Below are positions 37,470 to 49,751 of a stretch of DNA of 64,000 nucleotides, one piece after another; positions within the stretch are counted from its first letter, which is position 1; each line of letters starts with the position of its first letter. The position numbers and the translations under genes are program-made. The stretch spans positions 1 to 64,000 of the forward strand of contig BDGG01000024.1 of the NCBI GenBank assembly GCA_001949185.1, in the 5' to 3' direction. This DNA is from Ramazzottius varieornatus (taxonomy: Eukaryota; Animalia; Tardigrada). The notes beneath the pieces are model-generated. The model was not told where the DNA came from and made no database searches. It saw only the letters and a program-made list of their open reading frames with translations.

Positions 37470-37931
37470 TGGCTGGGTGCGGATGAGTCATGCGGAATCG
37501 ATGATTACATCCTGATTTTGACCGAACAGTCAACTCATAACACAAGGTAAAGCCCTACTATACGGGACGCAGCGATTCAAATCTCGATAAGCGCCTTTTG
37601 TATTTTCATTTCGGCATTTCGCGTCAAAGGCGGAACGAACGCCTCGAACGGGATACACTTTTACCCGGAAGAAAATCTAGCAGTAAACAAGTCAAATCTG
37701 TCACAATTTTTTGGTTTTGAGAGTGAAAATTCGTGGATCAAATAAACAAATCTCTGGAAGGAATACCCGTACAAAATGTGATCAAAGAAAAACGTCCAGT
37801 TCAACCTTTCATTGCATTCAGCCGCAGCCAGCACCTGCATCGACAAAGACCGAAGTACAGTCGGTTACCGAACGTCATCTACTCGATTACGAGGAAAGTT
37901 ATGTATCACTGTGGGATATCTATCAAGCGCT

Positions 37932-40457
37932 TCAAAAAACGCGATCGGCAAAGAAGCCCTTGACGCCGGCATCGGGCCTGCCGTGATTTAGATTGTGGAC
38001 GGGTGCTCGGTTGCCTGGTGCAGGGTGGGGATGGGGAGGATGAGCCGGGGCGTTAGCCTGTGAAAACAAGAAAGTTAAACAGTTAGATGTCGCGTCGGAG
38101 CGCTCGGCAAGCAGAGTCGGCAAGATTACTTTCTCGAGTGGCGCACATTTCCAGTGTAATTGGCTCAAAGCGTGCGCCACATCGAAAGTAATGCTTGTTC
38201 AAGTCCACTTTACCCTAATGAGCTTATCCGGTCTACCTGTTGGGTCTGTCGGCTAGCGGAGGCCGTAAACTCGAAGTTGGACTGGGTCAGTGAGCGCATC
38301 TTAGGAGCCAGGTCTTGGGGCATAGGGTCTTCCCAGAAGTAGTCATGGTTGAGTGCCCCATCCGCGTCCAGCCGCTTTGACGGGTCGACCACAAAGATCT
38401 TGTCCAGTAAGTCCAGGGCCAGTGGGTCCTTGATATGCTTCTCCAGACTCTTCTTCACATCGCGCTTGATGTTCTGCGGTAGCGACAGGTGCTTAGCTGG
38501 CTCCAGGTTGACAATGTCAGGATACACTTCCGGCGTGATCGAACCGCAGAAGGTGCCGATCAATTGCAGCTGATGTTGCTCGTTCTGACCTGCAAAGACA
38601 CAGAACACGATAACCAAAACGAAAGGAAGGCGAAATCTGAAAGACCAAATCTTCAGACTTGTAAACGACTATTTGGCAACTTGCCGGACAAAATTATCAA
38701 GCGGCGCACGTTTTCAGTGTAAGTGGCTGAAAGTGTGCGCCACTTGTTCGTGTGTTTCTTGGTGGAACGAATTCGTCGTCAATTCAACATCCGTTTCAGA
38801 AAAGTATCAAGGCTCGTTCAGTGAATAGAAAATACCTTGGAGGATGGGCGAACGTGTCCAGAGTTCGCACATGATGCAGCCAGCGCCCCAAATGTCGATG
38901 GCAGGAGTGTAATTGCGTTCCCCGAGGAGCAGTTCTGGAGGACGGTACCACAGTGTCACAACACGATTTGTGAAACGATTAGGTTTCTCCTTCGTTCCCA
39001 AATGACTGAAGGCACGCGCCAGACCAAAGTCGGCAATTTTCAGGATCTAAATCACAGCAGGAATAAAGTACCAGTTCCACCAAAAAAATATATTTAGCAT
39101 GATTGAATAATGTGAACAGCTTTGAGTTTTCAGAATCTGATGCCAAATTTTCACAGAGACTGAAACATACCCCATCCCTATTAATGAGAATGTTGGAAGT
39201 TTTCATATCACGATGCAGCACTTTGCCTGTGTGAATGTAGAAGAGACCGTTGAGGAGCTGCTGCATCAGCTTCTTCGTTTCACCTTCCTTGAACTTCACG
39301 GCCTTATTACTCAAAAGACCGGCCAAATCGTGCTCGCAGAACTCAAAAACCAGGTAGAAGGTGGACTTGTATCGGTTGAAGTTGGACGCTGCAACCAGAA
39401 AAGAGCTTATTAGCAAAACAGTTTCTCGTGAATTCTACGCATTCGCGCAAGTCGCCCATGACGTCACGAAAATTAAACATAAGATGCAAGATCTCAACAG
39501 TCATGCGCAGAGTCATGTGGGTACAGGCAACCCTCAAGTACTCACCGTTGCAATTCCACTCACCTTTGGAACTGCAGATGTCCAAAAGTTTCACAACATT
39601 CTCGTTGTCGAAAGCGTAAAGGATCTTAATTTCCCGAAGAGCCGTGATAGGGAACTGCAACGAGAGCATGCAGGTGACATCGCGGACTACATGTGTTACG
39701 ACATTCAACTCATTACCCACCCCTTCTTTCTCGTTTTCCATTAGGATCTTCTTCAACGCCACGGTCCGATTAGTCTTCTTACACTTGGCCTTGAAGACCT
39801 CGCTGCAGTCGAGGAAAGACAGCATATCAAAGAGGCATGACAAGAGGGGCAATATACACTTCTCCCCAATTGTCAATCAGCAATCAACCCTACAATCATT
39901 TACCCGAATGTCCCTTGGCCAATCTTGCCACATCGTTCATATTCGGAGAAATCGGTCATGAATGGGTAGGTAATGTCGCTGAGACTCTTGTACTTCTCAA
40001 AGTTGGTATTTGATGGCGGATTAGGCCTTTGACCGGGAGCAGCGGAATTTGCAGAACTTCCGTTCTGCGGAGGAGCATTATTCTGTGGTGGACGCGATGG
40101 ACCTGCAAAGGAGACCACATTTGACATGATTGACACCTCCTGTCACAACACTGCACTAGGTAAATAACTGTCAAAGCCAGCAAACTAATCAATTTCAAAA
40201 CAACATCACTGTGTTCCGAAACTGTATCTGACCAGTATGCTAACTACCCTTGGTGGAAGAGTTGGGATGAGGCTCTTCTACTAGCACTGGCTTAGCTTAC
40301 CTGGAGGAGCATCGCGACTATTGACGTACTCACGATCGTGAGTCTTGAAGAAGCTGTTTCGGGATGACTGCGAGGAGGAGGAAGATTCATTGCGGGCCGG
40401 AGAGACGCTCTTGCGCTTACGAGACTTGCCATCGCCTCCAGACGCTTGCGGGTCCAT
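37932..40457 (-). CDS. CDK9: Cyclin-dependent kinase 9
   Basis: [40 protein letters not shown]-terminal DRVF; palindromes in introns at 38136 and 38699. Confidence 0.97.
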
Positions 40458-40815
40458 CTCGGCCGCGCCTTCTGTACGCCTGAAGTAGCACAATCCTTTG
40501 TCGATCTTTCACCTGTAAATGTCAATAAAGAATAACGGAGAAGGTCTCAAATGGGTGATGGGAGCAAAGATATCGCTGTAAATGTAGCGAAGAAAAAATT
40601 AATGAAAATGTCGGCTGATTTCTTCTGGCAGGCCATGGGGAAATGACGTCATTTAAAATCCATTGGTTCAAAGGGTTGATTGTGAATGCTGATTGTGACC
40701 GTCGATGTTACCTCACCGCTCGCCAAGTTTTAGAGGACGAACTAAGAAAGTGCAAATTGCAGTCGAACTCTTCGAAGCCAGCAATATCACTGACCACTCA
40801 TCAAGTTTTCTCGAT
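40458..40815. promoter_or_regulatory. Bidirectional promoter region between CDK9 and NDUFAF6
   Basis: Head-to-head ATGs 358 bp apart; CRE palindrome TGACGTCA at 40644-40651 next to ATTGG. Confidence 0.5.
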
Positions 40816-42354
40816 ATGACGTCTACTCGACAGCTCACTCGGCTCGGAAGATCCTTGCCGACTGTGTCCTCCCCGCTTCGAGGGAGCGAAGCGAACGAAC
40901 TACGGAAACGGTTTGTGTGAATCAACCGGAAGTGAAATGAATGAATTCTTGCGCCCGACATCCTGCAAATAATCTTGGGTTCCTAGGTTTCTTTCGGTGG
41001 TCCCCGCATTATGGACGATAAAACATGAGAAGAGCGACAGCCTCGTCCCGAAGGACACCGCGAAAGCAAAGTCCAGTGCGGAATACTGCATGGAATCCGT
41101 ACGGTAAGGTAGATCAACTTATAAACTTTCAAATGGTGCATGATGTCATGGCGGAGCACAGCGGTAACATTATATGATCCGATTAACGTAAAACTGTGTG
41201 ACGTTATGCGTGGGTTATAATTAGAAGCTTTAATTAGTTTCTATAAATTTGTTGCTTCTCAATCGTTATACAGGAAGAGCGACTACGAGAACTATCTGGC
41301 GAGCCTTCTCCTTCCCTCCACCATTCGTTCGACCGCTTTCGCCATTCGGGCCTTCAACGTCGAGCTGGCACAAGTCCGCGACCTGGCTTCCAACAACACT
41401 ATTGCCCAGATGCGCTTCATGTTCTGGAAGGACGTCCTGGAAGAAATCTACAGTGGCCGTCCTCGTGCTCATCCCGTGGCGCAAGAGATGCACCGTGCGG
41501 TCCAGCAGAAGAAGCTGACGAAAGTATGGCTCAGAAGACTGATCGATTGCCGCTTCGACCGGCTGCATAGTAAACCCTTCCTCAACGTCGACGCGCTGGA
41601 GACCTTCGCAGAGAACTCCGTATCACCCATCTACTACCTCCTTCTCGAAGCTTCTGGCTCAAAAGATGTGCCTAGTGACCATGCAGCCAGTCATCTCGGG
41701 AAAACCATCGGTAAGGTTTGTGTGAATCCGACCAAATGGGACCTAGGCAAACGAACTCGACGAGATTGTCTTCCCAAGTGGCGCACTCTTTCTGTCAGTA
41801 GCACTGAAAACATGCGCAACTCGGAAAAACAAACTCGACAAGATCGCTTTCCAAGTGGCGCATGCCCCCGGCTAATTGTACCGTAAACGTGCGCCTCTTG
41901 GGAGAACCGTCCGATTCGATCGTTATCTTATTATCATTTCGCAGGAATTCTAAACCTGATTCGTTCGACACCCTTCCTCATTTCCCGCAATCAGCTTAGC
42001 CTGCCCATGGATGTCCTAATGCGGCACAATCTGTCCACTGAGTCCATTTCGAGGATAGCTCGAGGTGTGGATCGCAAGTTTGGCGAGCCCGTAACGCAGG
42101 CGGAAGTGCTAGCCTTACAGGAAGTTACCTTCGACTTGGCTTCTGCCGCGCACACGCATCTCTCTACTACTCGTTCCCTTCTGAAAGAGATACCTATCTC
42201 TAGTCTTCCGATTTTCTTACCGATCATCTCCTGTGAATCGTTCTTGAGCAGATTGAGGAAAGTCGACTTCGATATGTTCCATCCGAAATCACGACAACGC
42301 GATGGTTTGCTACCTCTGAAATTATGGTGGCACTTGAAATGGAAAAGCTTCTGA
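40816..42354 (+). CDS. NDUFAF6: Complex I assembly factor 6 (squalene/phytoene synthase-like)
   Basis: YCMESVR/KSDYENYL...AIRAFNVELAQVRD...MRFMFWKD, DHAASHLGK; palindromes in intron at 41776-41899. Confidence 0.92.
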
Positions 42355-42361
42355 CAATATT

Positions 42362-43503
42362 TTATTGTTTTATTCCTGTTTGCGAAGGCGATGAAGAAGA
42401 ATCAGCAGAGTTTGAATTATTCAAGGGGATATCAACATTGTACTGTTTCATCAACGGTTCATAGTAATCGGCGTAATCAAACTTGACAAAAGGGACTTTG
42501 AACGGCATGGTCCCGAAATATCTAGCCTTTTCCAACTCGACCAGCAGGCGGTAATGTTTTCGTTGGCACAAGTTGGTCGTCTGGAAGCTGAGGACGTCGC
42601 CGGTGTAGGGCGAGATGAACTGCTTCAACAGGTCCGTGTTGCGGTAATCGAAGACCAAGTACTCATCACGGCATCCTGGACAAGGGTTTGCGGTGGTGAT
42701 GTAGTTGTGTTTCTACAAAACAAAAGGAGGAACGTTAGTCGGACGGATGAAAGCCAGAGACGGTAGCCTCCAAGAAGAGAGATCTGGCGCCGTGGGGCAG
42801 CTGGCCGTTTCACAGTAGCTCACCACACATCACAGTACTCGACAACTACCCGCGAAGAGGTGTGCATTAAATCACCCATTAACAGTGTAAAAATCGGTAA
42901 AACTGTGACGTTATGCGCGGCTGTCACATGAATAAGGATTTGACGGAGGTAGCTCTTAACGTCCGTTTCCTACTTACAATGCAAGTGTTGATGGTTAGCT
43001 TCTTCGGCCATAATCCCTTATGCTGCCTGCGATACTGTTTCCAGACGGGGTCGTTGCCGTACGTGGCCTTGTAGGCTTCGCTCTTCAAGTAACGCGCACT
43101 GGTTTCCCAAGAAATGACACGCGAACGGTCTTTGGGATCGTCGACAGGGTTCCTCTCTGAACGTGTTTGTCCTTCTTCTCCTTCGACTCCTTCCGCTATC
43201 TCTGGCTCGGCCCCTTCTGTTGGCGCTCCTGTAGCGTAGGATCGTCGAACATATCGTGGATGAAGAGAATGAAAGTAATGAAACCCACTTCCGGCGCACA
43301 ACGCGGAATGCATCGAAGTGGAGCAAGCGCGAACAGCCTAGAATACCACAGTGGAACAGCCCCATTGGCAAAAAAACCTCGCTCTCCGTTCGCGCATAAG
43401 AAGACACACTTACAGGGGCTGCTGGCAGAGAAAACGGTGCGAGGAAGGCGTTCTTGGACGGGACCAACAATGTTCGCAATACCGCTGCTCTGGACACGTT
43501 CAT
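42362..43503 (-). CDS. MRPS18B: Mitochondrial ribosomal protein S18B
   Basis: YLKSEAYKATYGNDPVWKQYRRQHKG, NPCPGCRDEYLVFDYRNTDLLKQFISP. Confidence 0.92.
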
Positions 43504-44659
43504 CTTACAAACTCCTTCCGGCTCCACGTCCTGCGCTCTGCCTATATCGTTCACCGATCCTGCGCAGGTCGGCGAAACTGCAAACGGCGCGAGTTATCTT
43601 CCAGCTCACACGTTCTAAAATTTTGGGGAAGAAACGGCAAAACTCGATCGCATTGAACTGATCGTTATGGCCACCCATAGTGGACAAGTATCTCCAACCG
43701 GTGAGCAGAACGGACAAACTTTTCCACCCTGCCGACTGCTATTGCTGTAGAAATCCGTCGATATGGCCGAGTACACCGACAACGAACCGCGAGCACGCTG
43801 TTGTACGTACGTGGTAAGGCGGAGTCCGTCCGAACAGGTGCTGCAACAAAGAGGTAGGAGGGCCTTTCTCCATACAAGAGTCCGGTCAGCTGATCGAAGT
43901 TTTCGAAGCCAACTGTTTCCATGTGGATGACGTATGACACCCCCTTCGAGCCATTTACCAACAAAGTCAAGCTGTAGCACGATTGATCGAATCCCCTTAT
44001 GCAGTAATTCTGCCTCGCTTTCAACTCGTGCCGTAGCCATATGCACTAAACCACGTTCCCTGCACGGTTGCGCATGTATAAAGCTGGTGCGCAAGGCTTC
44101 TGAGGAAACTTTACAGTGCGCACAAAGAGAAAACATCGCCACACTTAGCCATCTTTGTTCATCCTGTTTCTCTCCTGTTTTTCCATCAGCGGACGGACGC
44201 ATCCTTTCCCTTATGGGACCTCCGCTTTTACGCAGTGCAGAACTTGGACCGTCGGACCATCCTTCAAGATAGCGAAACGGAAACAGGCACGACGATCTGT
44301 GCCTTGTCAAAGGTGAGACAGCTTGATGACCTTTCGCCATCTTTACTCGCAGTTCAACATTCGCCCTTATAATCTTTCCTTCCATATTCCTTCTTTTCAC
44401 GCTCTGGTTATGCTTTCAGACCAGTAAAGGTCTAGTGAAGGCCAGATTGAGGTTGACATTCACCCCCAAGGAGTTGAGAGATCCGTCGACTGTGATAAGA
44501 CGTTTATCACCCGTTGATGTTGATGGTTGATTGATTGTGCATCTTTCGTAGTTTTTCACCTTGTTCATTTGTTTTTCCTCGTTCCCATTTTCTGTCTTCT
44601 TTGTTGCCTCTTCTGCTGTCTCGTTGCTTGTTTGTGTGTACATATTCCCGGATGTGAAG

Positions 44660-45521
44660 ATGCATCGGCAATATCCGCAGACTGAGCCGAAGAAAGACAT
44701 GGCCGCGTTACACAGCGATCCTTCCATCGTTGCCTGTCGAATGCGACCTGTCAGCGCACCTACCGTGCCTCCTGATCCCGATGTAACTTCAGCATACTTC
44801 CCAGTGTCTTCCGGAAGTCTCCTCCGCATCGGTATTCCATATACTCACCTGGTAAGTCCACAGTCTGTCAGCAGGAGGAGTTACATGGTTTCCGCCCTGA
44901 AAACCTGTTTTCACCCTGGAAAGTTTGACCTTCTGTGGGGTGGAGGGGGAACACGAGGGGAAATTTTCAGATTTTAACGGACCCTTCTCTCTTTTCTTTC
45001 CAGAATAACTCGTCATATCCTTCATCACCTATCAACACGCATCAGAACGGCTTTGGCACCTCTCATTCGTATCCAGTATTGCCTTCCAGCGCACAACAGA
45101 GTCGGTACGGAGGAGGTGGCGGGCGAAAGACGATGGAAGCCACGCTGGTCAGCAAGAAGAACGGCGTCAACGAAGGAGGCTCCAGCAGCAAGCCCAAACT
45201 CCATCTCTACGCACAGAAGAACGCTCCCAAGTGTACACTAAAGGAAGAAGAGTTTCCTTCGCCGCCTATCGAGTGGCTGCTGGGTGGATCGACCCCTTCT
45301 GACGGCTCTTCCGTCTCCGTCAGTGATGCCTTGTCGGGTAAAGACCAATTTTACCTGTTGGTTGATCAATCAATTATCAATCAACCATTGCTGGACATTT
45401 GTGTGCCTGTGCAGGTGATTCGACGGAGGATGAGTTTTCTTCCGCAACGCCGCCGGATCTGGAGGATCCTCACCCGATGCTTTCCCTGGGTTTAAAGTCG
45501 TTGCTCAAGGTTCAGGCCTGA
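44660..45521 (+). CDS. PNRC: PNRC-like proline-rich nuclear receptor coactivator (3 exons)
   Basis: Diverged PNRC motif LYAQK...FPSPPIEWL and C-terminal LKSLLKVQA, resembling the PNRC1/2 LKTLLKVQ box. Confidence 0.6.
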
Positions 45522-46717
45522 AGAGTGTAGGACGACTGGCGTTTTCTCGGCAGTAGTATTTGTTAAGTCAGTCCGCAGAAAGAAGAAAAGAGTTTTTCTA
45601 GTTTAGTTTTTTTAATGTTTTCTTTCGTCCAGTGTGGTGTCTCTCTTTGGTTGATGGTGGACGGACAGAGTCGAGTTCCTTCCCTCGTTTGTACAGTTGT
45701 TTGCGAGGGGAGGGAAGGAAGGGTTTTGTCTTTTGTGCTGTTTGAGGCATGCGAGAAGAAGGGTCTTTCATGACTGCTTTCTCGAGTGCGTCTTTAGCGT
45801 TGGCTGAATGATTAATCCTGGCGATTAATGAGTTGGGCGTTGAAGTTTATACGGTTACTCACGCACAAAACTTCATCTCTAGAGTTGTTTCTCTCGGTTC
45901 TCTCTTGTGTTCACTATGTAGCCAGTTTTATCCCCGTACACTTATACCTTCTTTCCTCTTCTTCTCACTCTGCTGCCTTCCTTAGAGTTTTTAGAAAATG
46001 TTCTCCAACTCATGCTGATCTCGCCAGATTCATGTATGGGGAAGAAAAATTTTTGACAGTATTAAAAAAATATTGTCACAGATCGTCCAGCAATGGACGG
46101 TCTGGGGTCTCACAGGCCCGAAAAACTTTGTTCCGTGTTCGGTCCCAGTAATTTCGTGATAGATTATGAAAAGGAAGAGGGGAAAGCAAGGAAAAAACCT
46201 TGCGAAATTTGGTCAAGCAGCGCTTCCGGGTCGTAGTCACCCGAACCCCGTTTCACTGGCGCACCAGGCCACATGGATCATTATGCATGGTCGGTTGCGG
46301 TCGACGTGTTCGCCACCGCTTTCGACCGTTTCGTGATGATCTGGAATATTCCTCGGAGTAGCTGCCAGTGCTGCGAAGGGACCTAGTTACCGAAGTCTAT
46401 ACTGTTCGAGGATCCACCTTGGTCATTTTGCGAGAAGTAGGCACGCACGTCGAACTGAAGTTGGATGTTTCTACATGGCGAAGAGTCTAGGATATCTGAA
46501 GTGTCTCGATAAAGCGCTACCTTCGAGGCTTCGAATATTTACTGAACTGTTCAAGGGACAATACAAAGCTCAGAATGTTCCTTTACTCCACAAGTTCTCT
46601 ACGTCGGTATTTCTAAAACTACAACAGGTCAGCCAAGTTAGAAAGAGGAGCCATCGGGAAGACGGCTACGAGATGTTCTACTAAACCAATCAACCGAAAG
46701 CAACATCTGTCGAATGT

Positions 46718-47132
46718 CTACAGTCCCAACTTTGTCCTGCGCCAGTGTCGTCTCTTGGCGTTATATCTGCAACATCAGGTACAAAAAGGTTATCCATACT
46801 TTCCACAAAGCTAATCACTTCTTCCACGGTCCACGTGGAGCAGAACGACGAATCGGTTACCTGATTTTGTTGCCAGTTTGAAGTCGAACCCATTGAGGAA
46901 TGGGGCGATTCTGCTTGAATGCCTTGGCCAACTTCTGCTTCACTCGGAACGTCTTGTGCGACGACTAGAAAGGAATAACAACGATTGTTACATGATATCG
47001 CATTCCACACGCCAATCTCCCCCACGATTCCCTTTCTCTTCGTCAGCGAAAGCATCCATCTGCTTGAAGCGGCTTTCCTAACATCTACAGAGACATACAC
47101 ATAATCAGCTGCTATTCCACGTCACTTACCAT
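46718..47132 (-). CDS. RPL39: 60S ribosomal protein L39
   Basis: [51 protein letters not shown]. Confidence 0.97.
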
Positions 47133-47671
47133 ATTGGCTTCCTGACAGATACAGCCGAATAAGCCCTCCTGTTCGACACAATAACTGGGACGTGAGAAGA
47201 ACAATCCGGATATACAAGGGAAGCTGCTGAACTGAGAAAGAGATGGAGAACTTTTCTGGAGAACTGAATCAACTGATTGCTAGTCGGAACAGTGAAACCG
47301 TGACAGGTAATAGTGCGACTTGCTGTACGCGATCTTCACACTGCTTATGGTGTGCACTGCCATGGTCCGTCCATTCCATATCATTCATCACATTGAGATT
47401 CACGAGTTTGAAATGAGGGTCATGACGTCGCCTGTAATAAGGTTTCCGATGACAAAACGTTCAGTTTTAACTCGACGCACTACTCTCATAGAGCACATAG
47501 AGCCCACAGCGGTTGATTTGGACCGGAAATTGATTACATAATATAGAGATTAAGTTGCCACTCCCGTTCACTTCGCAACTGTAGCTACGGCCTCGCTCCG
47601 CCCCCTTCGTGACGTATAACAACATTTTGCTTTCCGGAGCTCCCCTTATTTTCGAAAAATAGCATAATCGG

Positions 47672-48337
47672 TAGTGCTGGCAAAAATACGATAAAATTCG
47701 ATACGATATTTTTCGATACAACATCGGCGGATGTTTAATTGCGGTCTTTGATATTCATTAGATAACGACATTTCTATACGATATTTTTCCGTTACCGTAT
47801 TTTCGATATATCGTATCATATCGCAGCGATATATCGATATTTCTGGAATTTTAGTTTTTCGGAATTTCACTGGGTCAAGCCCAAAAACTCAAGAAGCCGA
47901 TTTCCACATGAAGTATTAGTAAGATCGAAAGCGTCGGATGCAGGAAAGACATGACTATACCAAGACTTCAAACACATGAAAACCTGGACAGAATTAGTAC
48001 CAGAACCGAATGGGCGGAGTGTGCTCGGTACACCATGACCAAAATCAAGTTTTGGAATCAACCATGGTCTTCCGTAAACGAGACATCACTGGCGAGTTTG
48101 CCATTCATCAAAATATCGATATATCTTCGATATATCGATATGTCTTCGATATATCGCCATATCGATATATCTTCGATATATCGATATGGCGCGATACGAT
48201 ATCGTCCAATATTTTATTGCGTTCTTCGATATGAGCTTCATATCGACATTTTCGATACGATATCTGCCGCATATTTTATCGCAAAGATTCGATATATTTC
48301 GATACGATATCGGTATACTGTATCGTTGCCAGCACTG
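47672..48337. mobile_element. Non-autonomous hAT element with dense CGATAT/ATATCG subterminal repeats
   Basis: TIRs TAGTGCTGGCAA / TTGCCAGCACTG; 8-bp TSD ATAATCGG / ATAATCGC. Confidence 0.8.
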
Positions 48338-48414
48338 ATAATCGCAGTTACGGTTGGCTAGCATTGGGAAGCATGGTGGCTGCACAACTATTCAAAGTTC
48401 TGATCAGCTGCTGC

Positions 48415-49385
48415 TAGGATTGTTAATGGATGGATAAGCGGATGGATAAGAACTCATCCGGATATCATTTGGATGGATAAAAGGTTTATCCGTATCCAGC
48501 TTCTTGGATAAAACTTTTATCCGGATTATTCGGATATTATCCGGTTAAACCAATTAGATACAAACCATATGTTCAATCACTCGAGCCAAACCGAAACTAC
48601 CAAACTTTGTAGCGTATCTATTCATGGTCTGTCATCACTGCTACCATGGCTTCAAAAACCACCGTTCAAGAGTTCAGACATAACATGGCTTGAAGGGCCT
48701 CAGGTTCCAGGCGGTTACGAAGGACTGTATCGACCACAACCAGAGAATGCACTCTCAGGAGGTACAAAAGAAGCCTGTGCAGCTAGAACATCCTTCGCAA
48801 TGCGGTACAATGTCGGATAGCGGCTTTCCGACATGCTCCAAAATTCCAGGCATCTCTTTTGACTGATTCCTTTGGATCCAGGAAGAATTGGTCATCTTCG
48901 TTAAGCTGGGAGTCTGCTGCGGAAGTGACTTGCGCCATCGTCCGTTCGCGGATATACAGCTGCGTATTCGGAGGTAGAGCAGTAGACTTCTCGGCAATGT
49001 CGGATCTTCCTCTTTGGCTGTAATGAAAACAACTTACAAACAGCACGAGCTATAGTTCGTAAGAACGGAAGAGTGTAACGAGAAACAATATTCAATAAGC
49101 CGACTTCCGGTAGGCTTGTAACAGCAGAGAGATTGCGCATCGTTACGATTCTTTCAGAGTGCTACGAAACGTTAGCAAGACGAGTTGGGCTGTTCTGCTT
49201 TGATTGTCTGTTTTATTGATTCAGGTAGGTTTATCCGGATAAACCTCGGATGGATAGAGATGTTATCCGGATCATATCCGGATGGATAGGAGTTTTATCC
49301 GATTAGAAGCTGGATGGATAAAATTCTTATCCAATCCATGTTTTATCCGGATAAATCCGTTGTGGATGGATAATTAACATCCCTA
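48415..49385. mobile_element. Internally deleted hAT element with TATCCGGAT/GGATGGATA subterminal repeats
   Basis: TIRs TAGGATTGTTAAT / ATTAACATCCCTA; perfect 8-bp TSD GCTGCTGC. Confidence 0.85.
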
Positions 49386-49751
49386 GCTGCTGCGCTCATG
49401 AGTGACGTTGCAACTCATCTTAGCTACAGTGGGACTTTCATCTGGCGGTGGCAACTTGATGTCTGTAATATTCACCAAAGCGGAAGTTGGCTTGGTTGGA
49501 TCAGGTTTGATGCTGCTTTTCTGCTACACGAGAGTCTCCACACGATCCAAATTCATCACAGCCGCGCCCCAAATAGACCGGCACGCAAAGTTACAAAACC
49601 TTCAAAGACAAAATCTCCTTCAAAACTCCGGAAAAGAGCACACAGTCAGGAATAGGTTAAAAAATGAACTACGGTGTGGTAGAACTTGGGCAACACATGC
49701 GGAAACGGCTCGCAATCTCCAGATCTCAGTATAAAAAAGACCGAAAAGAAG

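Noticed and set aside
37481-37512. GGAUG-initiated hairpin upstream of HEXIM as a 7SK-like RNA
   Set aside because: Too short, no GAUC motifs and no Pol III signals seen.
41711-41944. Introner (intron-generating transposon) interpretation of the palindromes
   Set aside because: The units are internal to introns, intron ends are not shared, and some copies lie outside coding-region introns.
43615-44829. Long minus-strand ORFs of 261 aa and 137 aa
   Set aside because: No domain similarity recognised; they overlap the promoter and 5' region of the PNRC-like gene.
47951-48385. Ile/Tyr/Arg/Asp-rich ORFs
   Set aside because: Translation artefacts of the hAT subterminal repeats.
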